A stretch of DNA of 64,000 bases from Vulcanimicrobiota bacterium. GTDB lineage: Bacteria > Vulcanimicrobiota > Vulcanimicrobiia > Vulcanimicrobiales > Vulcanimicrobiaceae. The position numbers were made by a program, and so were the translations under genes. Shown piece after piece: positions 1-9,349 of this stretch. The stretch spans positions 1,536,001 through 1,600,000 of the forward strand of contig OY968762.1 of NCBI GenBank assembly GCA_963695225.1, written 5' to 3'. Positions within the stretch are counted from its first letter, which is position 1; every line of letters starts with the position of its first letter. The notes under the pieces are model-generated. The model searched no databases and was not told the origin of the DNA. It was given only the letters and a program-made list of their open reading frames with translations.

Positions 1-1
1 T

Positions 2-380
2 GATGCAACACCATGTGCCCCGTCTCGTGCGCGAGCACGCCGCCGAGTTCGTCGCGATTTTTCGCCAGGCGCAGGAGCGGCTCGTTGACGTAGATGTACC
101 CGCCGGGGACGGAAAACGCGTTGGCCGAGTCGCCCTTGACGATGTAGAAGCGAATCGGATACGGGTAGCGCGCGGTTACCGTCGTCGAAATGATGCGGCC
201 GACTTCGTTGAGATGCTCGTAGTACGGCGAATCGAACAGGATTTCGCCGTCGTCTTGGAGCGTCAGGAAGACTTCCTTTCCGATCGCGCCTTCGTCGAGC
301 GCGAGCGCGGCCGTCGCGTGCGTCAGCTGCGTGACGCCGACGGCGGCGATGAGGCTCAGGAAGAACGCGCGACGCTGCAT
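2..380 (-). CDS. M48 family zinc metallopeptidase (BepA/HtpX-like), 3' end outside the window
   Basis: Not in the ORF track. Manual minus-strand translation gives MQRRAFFLSLIAAVG...ANAFSVPGGYIYVN...ELGGVLAHETGH: NAF-x-x-PGG plus HExxH, with a twin-Arg-like signal. Confidence 0.85.
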   Translation of the reverse strand, partial: MQRRAFFLSLIAAVGVTQLTHATAALALDEGAIGKEVFLTLQDDGEILFDSPYYEHLNEVGRIISTTVTARYPYPIRFYIVKGDSANAFSVPGGYIYVNEPLLRLAKNRDELGGVLAHETGHMVLH

Positions 381-416
381 GCAAGACCTCGGACGTTATT
401 GTTCTAATGACGTTCC

Positions 417-2279
417 ATGCGTTCAGACGGTTGCCTATCCGCGCGCGCCGGCGCCGCGATTTCTGGGATAATCCTGGGAGCGCTTGCGCTTGCATGCTCG
501 CCGGGAAGCGCGCACGCCGAGCGATGGATCCCGCCGCCCGCCCGGCTCGCCCTGCGACAAGCTCAGGGCGACGTCGCGGGGTTGGCGGAGGCGAACCGCA
601 GCATCGCGCTCGTGATCGAACTCTCCCCGGCGACGCCGACGCTCGATGCCGACGCTGCGGCCGCCGCAGATCCGGCTTCGCCGCTGCACCATCTCCGCAT
701 GACGCCCGCGCGATTCGCGCAACAATACGGGCGCGCGCCCTCCGAAATCGCGGCGCTCGCGGCGTGGCTCCGGAATGCGGGCGCGACGGCGGTCGAGACT
801 TCTGCGAATCGCCTCGTCGTCGGCGCAACGATCGACGTCGCGCACGCGCAGCGCGCGTTCGGCACGCGCTTCGCGCGCTTCGGCGACGGCACTCGCACGC
901 TCGTGGCGCCGCTCGGCCCCCTCTCGCTTCCCGACCTGCGCGTGCGCGCGGTGCGCGGCGTCATTCTCGGCGCGCCGCCGCGCTTGGCCGACGTGCCTCA
1001 TCTGCCGACGGATTTCCGCGGCGATTGGTTTCTCCCGGCGCGCTTTCGCGAAGCCTACGATGCGGTACCCGACGGAGGCGAGGGGCAACGCATCGCGGTG
1101 ATCGAGGATACCTCCGACCGTTTCGAGCGCGACGATCTCGCGCGCTTCGTGCGCGGCGATTTCGGGAAGGATGCCGTGCACCCCGAACCGCCCTCCGACG
1201 TCGGGCCGGCCTCGCCGTTCGCCGCGAATCTCGACCGTCTTACGAGTTCGCAAGCGCCGCCGGCGACCAGCGAGCAGAACTGCGGCCGGGAAGATCGCGG
1301 ACAAGAGCCGACGATCGATCTCGCCGCGATCCTGACGCTCGCGCCGAAGGCGACGATCGACGTGCGCGAGGAGGCGGTCTGCGTCCCGGGCGGGGAAGGC
1401 GTCATGGCGCTGCAACACGCGCTGGACGCAGCCGACGCACCGGACGTCATCGTCTTCCCGTTCGTCGTCGGCGCCTTGCACGAGGCGAGCGCGGCGGCTT
1501 ACGGGCCGGTGCCCATCCCCTACTTGGAAGCAGCGCTGCTCGGGATCCCGATCGTCGTGCCGAGCGGCGACGACGGCGCCTACGGCGTCCGCGAGCCCGG
1601 CGACGAGCGCGCGGGCGTCACCTACCCGTGCGCGCTGGCGTACGTGGTGTGCGCCGGGGGGACGTCGCTCGGGACGCGCTCGCGCGTCCTCGGCGAAGGC
1701 CCTTGGAATGACGGCACGCACGCCGGCGGGGGAGGCGTCTCGCTCGATCCGCGGCCGAGCTGGCAAGATCCGCCGAGTTCCTTCGAGTTCACGCCTGCCG
1801 TCTTGCAGAAGCGCATCGTCCCCGACGTCTCCGCGGACGCGGCAGGGCATCTGCTGATCGTGTGGCACGGGTACGCGACGGGCGGCGTCGGCGGAACGAG
1901 CGAGAGCGCGGCTCTCGTGGGCGCGAGCCTCGCCGCGGTCAACGCCGCGGTCCCCGCCGAACGGCGCATCCACTCGGCGGGCGATCTCTACGCCCTCGCG
2001 CGCTCGAGCCCCAAGGCGTTTCGCGACGTCTCGCGCGAAAACGATCGCTTCTATCTCGACAACACGCTCCGGCCTCGGCCGAAGGCGCTCCCGCTCGGGT
2101 ACCGCGGCATCCTGCCGACGCCGCCGCCGCTCGTGTACGGCTGCGCGGGGATCCAACCGAGCGGGTGCACCGTGATCCCCGGCTACGACGCGGTGACCGG
2201 GATCGGTTCGATCCTCCAGCAGGAGGCGATCGAAGCGCTCGCCGGCCCGGTGAAGTTGCGCCAGCAACAGCAGAAGTGA
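417..2279 (+). CDS. S53 family (sedolisin/kumamolisin-like) serine peptidase with propeptide
   Basis: Signal peptide, prodomain, ExxxD (EPTID), SGDDG, GGTS nucleophile and GYDAVTGIGS Ca-binding motif. Confidence 0.85.
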   Translation: MRSDGCLSARAGAAISGIILGALALACSPGSAHAERWIPPPARLALRQAQGDVAGLAEANRSIALVIELSPATPTLDADAAAAADPASPLHHLRMTPARFAQQYGRAPSEIAALAAWLRNAGATAVETSANRLVVGATIDVAHAQRAFGTRFARFGDGTRTLVAPLGPLSLPDLRVRAVRGVILGAPPRLADVPHLPTDFRGDWFLPARFREAYDAVPDGGEGQRIAVIEDTSDRFERDDLARFVRGDFGKDAVHPEPPSDVGPASPFAANLDRLTSSQAPPATSEQNCGREDRGQEPTIDLAAILTLAPKATIDVREEAVCVPGGEGVMALQHALDAADAPDVIVFPFVVGALHEASAAAYGPVPIPYLEAALLGIPIVVPSGDDGAYGVREPGDERAGVTYPCALAYVVCAGGTSLGTRSRVLGEGPWNDGTHAGGGGVSLDPRPSWQDPPSSFEFTPAVLQKRIVPDVSADAAGHLLIVWHGYATGGVGGTSESAALVGASLAAVNAAVPAERRIHSAGDLYALARSSPKAFRDVSRENDRFYLDNTLRPRPKALPLGYRGILPTPPPLVYGCAGIQPSGCTVIPGYDAVTGIGSILQQEAIEALAGPVKLRQQQQK

Positions 2280-2292
2280 AGCGCGCGCGGCG

Positions 2293-3135
2293 CTAGCGGG
2301 AACTCGCCCCGCGCGTGCCGAGCCCGAAGCGGCGCCCGGCGAACATCGCGATGAAGAAGACGAGCGTCGCGAGCAGCACGATCGTCGCGCCGCTCGCCGC
2401 GTGCAGGTAATACGACGCGTACAAACCGAGGACGGCGCACGCCGCCCCTATCGCCGCGGAGAGCCAGAGCATGCGCGTGAAGCGGCGCGTGAGTTGCGCG
2501 GCCGCGGCCGGCGGCGTGACGAGGAGCGCCGCAACGAGGACGATGCCGACGGACTGAATCGAGATGACGATCGTCAGCGCGAGCAGGACGAGCAACGCGT
2601 AATCGACGAGCTCGGTGCGAATCCCGCTCGCCTGCGCGACGACGGGATCGAAGGACGTGTACAGCAGCGCGCGGTAGAGCAACACGAGCACAACGGTCAC
2701 GAGCAACGCGAGCACCAGCATCAAGGCGAGATCGCGCGCGTCGACCGCAAGGATGTTCCCGAACAAGAACCCCTGCAGATCGACGCTGTAGTTCGGTAAC
2801 CGGCTCATCAGAAAGACGCCGAGCGCGAACGCGCCGGTGAAGAGTACGCCGATCGCCGTATCGAGGGAAACGTTCCCGCGCCGGTTGACGTACCCGATCG
2901 CGAGCGCCGTTGCGATCGCGACAAACGCCGAGCCGACGAAATAGTCGAGCCCCCGCAGATAGGCGATGACGATCCCCGCAAACGAGGCGTGCGCGATGCC
3001 GTCCCCGATGAACGAAAGCTTCCGTAGAACCACGTACGTGCCGATCGTCGAGCAGAGCGTCCCGACGACGAGCGCGGCGAGAAACGCGCGCTGCATGAAC
3101 GGATACTGGAACGGAGCGGTCAGCGCGTCGATCAC
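2293..3135 (-). CDS. znuB: Zn/Mn ABC transporter permease (ZnuB/MntB family)
   Basis: LSFIGDGIAHASFAG, LFGNIL, VGIVLVAALLVTPPAAA; GTG start overlaps the ATPase stop. Confidence 0.9.
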   Translation of the reverse strand: MIDALTAPFQYPFMQRAFLAALVVGTLCSTIGTYVVLRKLSFIGDGIAHASFAGIVIAYLRGLDYFVGSAFVAIATALAIGYVNRRGNVSLDTAIGVLFTGAFALGVFLMSRLPNYSVDLQGFLFGNILAVDARDLALMLVLALLVTVVLVLLYRALLYTSFDPVVAQASGIRTELVDYALLVLLALTIVISIQSVGIVLVAALLVTPPAAAAQLTRRFTRMLWLSAAIGAACAVLGLYASYYLHAASGATIVLLATLVFFIAMFAGRRFGLGTRGASSR

Positions 3136-3896
3136 CGGAGCGTGCCGGTGGAGGGCTCGTGCCGCGCGTGGCCGTGCGTGTGCGTGTGCTCGCGGATCCC
3201 CGCGTACGTGCCTGCGGCAAGGACGTCGGCCGGGTCGCCGAATGCGAGGACGCGCCGGTCGACGACCATCAACTGATCGAACCACTCGGGCGCCTCGTCG
3301 AGATCGTGCGTCGTCATCATGACCGGCAAACCCGCCGCGACGCGGCCGCGCACGACCAGGCGCAACGCCTCGATCGTGGGCGCGTCGACGCCGGTCGTCG
3401 GCTCGTCGAGCAAGAGCAGGCGGGGCTCTTGCGCCAGCGCGCGCGCCACGAAGACGCGGTGCTGCTGTCCGCCCGAGAGCTGCGAGATGTGGCGGTCGCG
3501 CAAGGCCCCGAGATTGAGCGCGTCGAGCGCGTCGGCGACGACCGTACGGTCACGCTTGGAGAAGCGCGCGAGCGAAGAGACGCGCGGATAGCGCCCCATC
3601 GCGACGACGTCGCCGACGGAAACGGGAAACGTCCAATCGACCGCTTCGATCTGCGGCACGTACGCGATCGCGCCCGGCTCGAGATCGCGCGGGGAACGCC
3701 CGAAGACCGAAACCTTCCCGGCGGAGGGATCGAGCAACCCGGCGATCGTCTTCAGCAGCGTCGATTTCCCCGATCCGTTCGGCCCGACGATCCCGAGCGC
3801 TTCTCCCTCCCGAAGCACGAACGTCACGCCGTCGAGCGCCGTCACGCGATCGTAGCAAACGACGAGGTCCGAGGCGTCGACGACGACGGCGCTCAC
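3132..3896 (-). CDS. znuC: Zn/Mn ABC transporter ATP-binding protein
   Basis: GPNGSGKST, LSGGQ, LLLLDEPT and a His-rich C-terminal tail; GTG start overlaps the SBP stop. Confidence 0.9.
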   Translation of the reverse strand: MSAVVVDASDLVVCYDRVTALDGVTFVLREGEALGIVGPNGSGKSTLLKTIAGLLDPSAGKVSVFGRSPRDLEPGAIAYVPQIEAVDWTFPVSVGDVVAMGRYPRVSSLARFSKRDRTVVADALDALNLGALRDRHISQLSGGQQHRVFVARALAQEPRLLLLDEPTTGVDAPTIEALRLVVRGRVAAGLPVMMTTHDLDEAPEWFDQLMVVDRRVLAFGDPADVLAAGTYAGIREHTHTHGHARHEPSTGTLR

Positions 3897-4813
3897 TTCC
3901 ACCCTCCCGCCGGCGGCTTGCCGCCGAGCGCGCGAACGATCGTCTCCGTATCGAAACGCAACATGCTCGTATAATCGCTCGCGCGCGGGTCGTTTCCGAT
4001 CGAATCGTCGTAAAGCGTCGCGACGGTGCCGATCTGCGCGCTGTCGGCGAGCGCATGGGCGAGCTTGGGGCTGTACTCCGGCTCCGCGAAGACGGCGCGC
4101 ACGTGCAGGCTGCGCGCCAGCGTGACGAGATCGGCGAGGTCGCGCGGGTTCGGCTCTTGCCCCGGGCTGCGCTCGATCGCGCCGACCATGCGCAAACCGA
4201 AACGCGCGTCGAAGTAATCCCACGCGCTGTGGAAGACGATCATCGTGCGCTGCTCCGGCGGAATCGTCGCGATCCGCGCGGCGATCTCCCGTTCGAGCGC
4301 GCGCAATCGGGCGTCGTACGCGCTCGCGTTCCTCTCGTAGTCGGCGCGGTGGGGCGGGTCGCGCTCGATGAGGGCGTCGCGAATCTTCCGCACGTAGTCG
4401 CGCGCGAACTCGGGATCGAGCCACAAGTGGGGGTTGCCGTTGCGCAGCGGGAGGCCGTCGGAGCAAGTGACGATGCGCAGGCGCGCGTTGCGCGCGTTCT
4501 CGATCGTGCGCGCGAGCCAGCCCTCGAGCCCCGCCCCGTTCTGCACGAGGATGTCCGCATCGTGGATTCGCGCGACGTCGCCGGGCGTCGGCTGGTAATC
4601 TTCCGGCCCCGCGCCGATCGGAACGAGACTCTCGACGCGCACGCGCGCTCCGCCGACTCCGGTGACGAACGAATTGAACGTCGAGATCGTCGTGAGGACG
4701 CGCAACGGCGGCGCATCCGCGGCGCGGCCGATCGCGGGCATCGCGAGCGCGAGCACGAGCGCGAGCAGCCCGGCTGCGGGCACGGGAAGGAGCGCCGCAC
4801 GCCTCAGCGGCAT
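3893..4813 (-). CDS. znuA: Metal ABC transporter substrate-binding protein (cluster A-I, ZnuA/MntC family)
   Basis: Signal peptide, NGAGLEGW, NPHLWLDP, FHSAWDYF, EPNP motifs. Confidence 0.88.
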   Translation of the reverse strand: MPLRRAALLPVPAAGLLALVLALAMPAIGRAADAPPLRVLTTISTFNSFVTGVGGARVRVESLVPIGAGPEDYQPTPGDVARIHDADILVQNGAGLEGWLARTIENARNARLRIVTCSDGLPLRNGNPHLWLDPEFARDYVRKIRDALIERDPPHRADYERNASAYDARLRALEREIAARIATIPPEQRTMIVFHSAWDYFDARFGLRMVGAIERSPGQEPNPRDLADLVTLARSLHVRAVFAEPEYSPKLAHALADSAQIGTVATLYDDSIGNDPRASDYTSMLRFDTETIVRALGGKPPAGGWK

Positions 4814-5229
4814 CGCACGCACCGCCCGTAGAATTCGATCGAATGTTCGTCGAGCTCGAAAGCATGATGCTCGCGCAGGACTTCGGCGAAGCGCTCCATC
4901 GCCGCGCAATCGACTTCCTCCACGACGCCGCACCGCCGGCAGACGGCGTGATGGTGGTGCTCCCCCGTGCACGCGACGTAGCTCTGCTCGCCGTCCGCCT
5001 CGGTGCGTCGCGAGGCGACGCCGCGGGAGACGAGCAGATCCAGCGCGCGATAGACGGTCGAGAGCGCGACCCCGTTACCGCTCGTCTCGAGCAGGCGCGC
5101 GATCGTCGCCGCGGTCAAGTAGCGGCGCTCCCGGCGCAGCAAGTCGACGATGCGCGCCCGGCTCCTCGTCGAATACCGCCGCTCCTCGCCCGTGCCGCGA
5201 ATCGCTCTCGATTCCGCTCCCATATCCAC
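4804..5229 (-). CDS. zur: Fur family regulator, probably Zur/FurB
   Basis: STVYRAL helix, HHHHAVCRRC and CxxC; first gene of the metal ABC operon. Confidence 0.85.
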   Translation of the reverse strand: MDMGAESRAIRGTGEERRYSTRSRARIVDLLRRERRYLTAATIARLLETSGNGVALSTVYRALDLLVSRGVASRRTEADGEQSYVACTGEHHHHAVCRRCGVVEEVDCAAMERFAEVLREHHAFELDEHSIEFYGRCVRCR

Positions 5230-5241
5230 CTTCTACCCGCA

Positions 5242-5266
5242 TAATTCGCAAATCATTCGCAGATTA
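5242..5266. promoter_or_regulatory. Putative Fur/Zur operator
   Basis: AT-rich imperfect palindrome TAATTCGCAAATCATTCGCAGATTA with a 7-1-7 core CGCAAAT-C-ATTCGCA, immediately upstream of zur and between divergent genes. Confidence 0.65.
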
Positions 5267-5378
5267 CTCCGCAGGCGAGCCCGGCTCCCTTCCCGCGAGC
5301 ACGCCGCCGGGGCGCGCGGTTCTCCCAGGAAGCGCGCGAGCGAGGCTTTCGCGACTGTTCGGGCGTAACCGCACAGCC

Positions 5379-6143
5379 ATGAAGTTTGCACGCCTCGGCG
5401 GTGTTGCCGCGCTCGCAGCACTCGTCGCGCTGACGCTCGTAGTCACGAACCACCCGGCCAGGGGTTCCGACGATCGCGCCTCGGTCGCAACGATCGCCCG
5501 GCCCGGCGCCGACATAGCGGATACCTATCTCTTCCCGAGCCCCTCGAACCCGAACAACGTGGTCGCCGTCATGACGGTGAACCCCGGGATCGCCGCCGGC
5601 GCGGGGAGCACGACGTTCTTCGATCCGACGGTGCTCTACCAAATGAAGTTCGACACGAACTACGGGAGCGAAGCGGCGGGAACGGCGCCCACGGAGACCG
5701 TCGTGATCCAGTTCTCGTTCGAGGCGGCGTCGAACGGATCGCAGCAGGTGAACGTCTACGGCCCGAGCGCCCCGACGACGACGGGTTCGGGGAACAAGCT
5801 CGTTACGGCGACCGGCACCGGCCTCGTCGGCCGCTCGTTCGGGGTCGGCGTCACGACGATCTTTGCGGGGCCTCGCGAGGACCCGTTCTTCTTCGACGAA
5901 GCGCAGTTTTATAAGATATTTCCCGACCGCAACGCCGGTTCGACCGTGCAGAGCTGTTTGCAGGCCGGCGGAACGGGGACGTGTCCGCAAGGCTTCAACA
6001 ATCCGGGGACGGACACGTTCGCCGGCACGAACGTGCTCGCGATCGTCGCCGAGATCCCGAAGACGGCCCTTGTGCCGACGAACTCCACGACGCCGGGACG
6101 GATCGCCTTCTGGGCGACGACCAGCAGCGTGACCGGGCAGTGA
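5379..6143 (+). CDS. DUF4331 family secreted protein (N-terminal-half type)
   Basis: Signal peptide, ADIADTYLF, FDPTVLY, FAGPREDPFFFD, DTFAGTNVLAIVAEIP. Confidence 0.8.
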   Translation: MKFARLGGVAALAALVALTLVVTNHPARGSDDRASVATIARPGADIADTYLFPSPSNPNNVVAVMTVNPGIAAGAGSTTFFDPTVLYQMKFDTNYGSEAAGTAPTETVVIQFSFEAASNGSQQVNVYGPSAPTTTGSGNKLVTATGTGLVGRSFGVGVTTIFAGPREDPFFFDEAQFYKIFPDRNAGSTVQSCLQAGGTGTCPQGFNNPGTDTFAGTNVLAIVAEIPKTALVPTNSTTPGRIAFWATTSSVTGQ

Positions 6144-6151
6144 GGACGAGC

Positions 6152-6769
6152 ATGACGACCCGTACGATCCGCACGCTCGGCGCGCTCGCCTTCGCGGGGG
6201 CGCTGGCGGCCTGCAGCAACGACAACTCGATCAACCCGACGCTGACGAACCCCGTTTTCCAACAGATCGACCGGGTCGGGCGCCCGGGAATCAACGTGAT
6301 CTTCGCCCCATGGGCCCACCACGACGCGAACTCGAGGAGCGCTCCGTCCCAGGATGCGACCTTGATCAAGGCCGACATCGGCACGTTCATGGCGGGGACC
6401 GCCGGCCGGAGCGCCGCGATCGGCAGCTACGTCCAATCGCTTCTCGGCTCGGACGTGCTCGTCGCAGACCTCTCGTCGAGCGCGACGACGGCGACCTACC
6501 TCGGTTCCGAGACGGCCGGGAAGATGACCCCGGCCGGGACCGTCGGCGCGGGGACGACCTTCGGCGGGCGCGGCTTGGCCGACGACGTGATGACCGCCGA
6601 CCTTGGGCTCGCCTTCGGGAACACGGTCGTCCAGCTCACGGCCGGGACTGCTACCCCGATCGCCGACGACGGCAAGGCGCAAATCGCCAACCCGAACCTA
6701 TCGAGCGCGAACGTGACGCCCGCGAAACACCCGCTGACCACGTTCCCGTACCTGGGGAACCCGCTCTAA
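6152..6769 (+). CDS. DUF4331 family lipoprotein (C-terminal-half type)
   Basis: Lipobox LAAC, QIDRVGRPGIN, GGRGLADDV, FPYLGNP. Confidence 0.8.
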   Translation: MTTRTIRTLGALAFAGALAACSNDNSINPTLTNPVFQQIDRVGRPGINVIFAPWAHHDANSRSAPSQDATLIKADIGTFMAGTAGRSAAIGSYVQSLLGSDVLVADLSSSATTATYLGSETAGKMTPAGTVGAGTTFGGRGLADDVMTADLGLAFGNTVVQLTAGTATPIADDGKAQIANPNLSSANVTPAKHPLTTFPYLGNPL

Positions 6770-6858
6770 CCCGGAAGGCGGCACAGCGCAGGGGGTACGG
6801 CAGCCCGAGCCGTACTTCCGTCGCTTGTGCCGCGGTGATACAATCTTCTGCGGCCCGT

Positions 6859-6934
6859 GGGGATGTAGCTCAGCTGGTAGAGCACTTGCTTCGCATGTAA
6901 GGGGTCAGGAGTTCGAGTCTCCTCATCTCCACCA
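6859..6934 (+). tRNA. tRNA-Ala (anticodon CGC)
   Basis: 76-nt cloverleaf GGGGATG...CATCTCC-ACCA with G3:U70, anticodon loop TTCGCAT, GTTCGA T-loop and encoded CCA. Confidence 0.97.
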
Positions 6935-6971
6935 CGAAAACCCGCGCTTCTGATCTGAGACAGGCGCTGCG

Positions 6972-8450
6972 CTACCACGAAGAGAGGGCGCGCATGCGCG
7001 ACGTCTTCTTCGTTTGGTGGCCCGCCATCCGCGGCAATACGTCGCTCAGGATCTCGACCGCGCGGACGACGTTCGCGCCCTTGTTGAGCATCACGCATTC
7101 CGCCCGCTCGGCCATCGCGGCGTCGGTGACCTCCGCGCGCGTCGGGATGCCGGTCTTCACGAAGTTATCCAGCACTTGCGTCGCCCAAATCACGGGCACC
7201 GATGCCGCCTCGCAGAGCCACAGAATCTCCTCTTGCATCTCGGCGAGGCGGCGGTAGCCGATCTCGACCGCGAGGTCGCCGCGCGCGATCATCACCGCCG
7301 TCGGCTGGCGCCCCGCGGCTTGCACGATGAGTTCCGGCAGGTTCGTGACGGCCTCGGCGGTTTCGATCTTCAACGCGAGGGGTAGGTTCGGGCGTCCGAG
7401 CCGTGCGAGCTCTCGCTGCAGCAGTTCGATATCCGAGGCTTCGCGCACGAATGAAAAGCCGATCACATCCACGACGTCGATGACGGCTGCCAGCGCCGCT
7501 TTGTCGGCATCTGCGAGCGGCGATACGGGCACTTGCATGCCGGGGAAGTTCAGGCCCTTGCCGGGCCGCAGCTTATCGCCGCGTTCGCGCGCCTGCATCA
7601 CCCGCAAGTCGATGCGATTCTTGGCGAGCCGCTCCACCGTGCATCCGATGCGCCCGTCATCGATCCACACCGCGTCGCCGGCTCGCAAGCGTTCGAGCAC
7701 CGCCGGGATCGTGCACGTGAACGCCTTTTCGCTTGCCTTCGCATCGTCGAGCGAACGGACGAGCGCGATCGTATCGGCCGGAAAAACCCGGCCCTCCTTG
7801 CGAACGTGTACGTCGAGCGTGCGGACCTTCGGCCCTGCGAGATCGGCATAGATGCTGCAGTGCAGCCCGAGATTCGCGCGTGCCTCCGCCACCGCCGCCG
7901 CCATCGCGCGCCACGCCTCCGGAGTATCATGCGCGCAGTTGATCCGCGCGGAATCCATGCCCGCCGCGATGAGCGCGTGAACGAGCTTGCCGCCGTCGGT
8001 TGCGGCCTCCGGCGGCATCGTCACCATGATCCGCACCTGAGGCGACCCTTTGCGCGCGCCGAAAACGCGATCCGTCTCGGCGGCAAGAAGCCGGTTCCCG
8101 CGAAAGAAGGTTCGCGGCCGCGGCGCTTTCACGGATCCATCGCCGCAACGCGCGGCGAGCGCGGAGATCACGGCGTCGAGGTTGGGCCGGACTCGCCCTT
8201 CGCAACGCCCGAGGGAAGAAAGGCCGAGCGGCATCAACCTCGTTTGCAACCCGCGCAGATCGGTCCGCCGCAAAGCGAGATAGCGCGCGAAGTTCGAGGC
8301 GGCGAGCACGAACGGACGGCGCACGATCTTCGGGCGCCACTTGGCGTCAAGCTCCGACCCCACGGCTTCAACGCCCGCCGAGAGCGCCCGCAGTTCTTCG
8401 AGTAACTGCTCGGAGCCGTCCCGGCTCCGAGGCACTTCACAGACGGCCAT
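6972..8450 (-). CDS. pyk: Pyruvate kinase with N-terminal extension
   Basis: ARINCAH, DLAGPKVR, LKIET, MIARGDLAVE, WATQVL, PTRAEVTD, CVML; RBS GGAGGGAG. Confidence 0.92.
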   Translation of the reverse strand: MAVCEVPRSRDGSEQLLEELRALSAGVEAVGSELDAKWRPKIVRRPFVLAASNFARYLALRRTDLRGLQTRLMPLGLSSLGRCEGRVRPNLDAVISALAARCGDGSVKAPRPRTFFRGNRLLAAETDRVFGARKGSPQVRIMVTMPPEAATDGGKLVHALIAAGMDSARINCAHDTPEAWRAMAAAVAEARANLGLHCSIYADLAGPKVRTLDVHVRKEGRVFPADTIALVRSLDDAKASEKAFTCTIPAVLERLRAGDAVWIDDGRIGCTVERLAKNRIDLRVMQARERGDKLRPGKGLNFPGMQVPVSPLADADKAALAAVIDVVDVIGFSFVREASDIELLQRELARLGRPNLPLALKIETAEAVTNLPELIVQAAGRQPTAVMIARGDLAVEIGYRRLAEMQEEILWLCEAASVPVIWATQVLDNFVKTGIPTRAEVTDAAMAERAECVMLNKGANVVRAVEILSDVLPRMAGHQTKKTSRMRALSSW

Positions 8451-8768
8451 AGCTCCCTCCAGAAGCCGAGTGCCCCGAAACCCCCACAACCACTCGGCAC
8501 GCCGGCGAATCGCCAGACTTCGCGCATGGCCCCGCTGGATCTCCGGCGCCAGGCGATCGCCCGATCCCGCGGAATGGCGCGGAGGCGATTACCCGATCGA
8601 TCGGCAAGTCGCGCAGGCTTTCGAGGATGCTCCTTTCGCACAGGCTCTTGCGCCCCGTGCCGAAATCATAGGCGAATTCCGCATCAAGTAGCGGCGCGTT
8701 TTCGCGAGACCTACCTCGCCGGCCGCCGAGAATAGCACCAACCACGAAGTCAATCGGAGCATCCGCCA

Positions 8769-9203
8769 ATGAAACGTTCGGCCTTCATCCCCATCGCCGC
8801 GGCCCCGATCGCTGCGGCCGGTTTGCTCGCCGCCGCGCCGCAGCAGCGCCCGCGAATCGTTACCGTGCGCGACCGTGGGTGCAGTTGTTGCGAGGGCTGG
8901 ATCGCCGCGGCTCGCGCCGCCGGGTACGCCGTCGTGCTGCAGGATATGGATCACGACGAGCGCTTGCGGCGCTTCGGGATCGACGAATCCCTTTCGAGTT
9001 GCCACACTTCGCAAGTAGGCGGCTACCTCGCCGAAGGGCACGTGCCGATCGCCGCGCTCGATAAGCTCCTGCGCGAGCGCCCGCACACCCGCGGCATCAC
9101 CGTGCCGGGCATGCCCACCGGCACGCCGGGGATGCCCGGTCCGAAGGTCCCCATTCACGTCGTCTTCCTCGACGCCCCGGAGCGCGTCTTCTACTCCGCG
9201 TGA
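8769..9203 (+). CDS. DUF411 (CopG-like) metal-binding secreted protein
   Basis: GCSCCEGW, SSCHT, EGHVP, VPGMPTGTPGM. Confidence 0.85.
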   Translation: MKRSAFIPIAAAPIAAAGLLAAAPQQRPRIVTVRDRGCSCCEGWIAAARAAGYAVVLQDMDHDERLRRFGIDESLSSCHTSQVGGYLAEGHVPIAALDKLLRERPHTRGITVPGMPTGTPGMPGPKVPIHVVFLDAPERVFYSA

Positions 9204-9349
9204 GCGGCCGTGCCCACGCTAAGCCGCCGGAGAGCGGACAAACTCAGGATGGCCGTTCCAAAGCCGTCGCGCCTGATGCCCAAGCATAAGTACGCGCGGC
9301 GCTCTGCCCGCGAGGCGCCCTCGCCCGCGCCGTTCGACGGCCGGCGCTG

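Noticed and set aside
8451..8768. Small ORFs or ncRNA between pyk and DUF411
   Set aside because: No RBS, recognisable motif or convincing structure; treated as a divergent promoter region.
6935..9203. Genomic island integrated at tRNA-Ala
   Set aside because: No integrase, and I found no duplicated tRNA 3' end. Only the somewhat different composition of the pyk/DUF411 segment hints at it.
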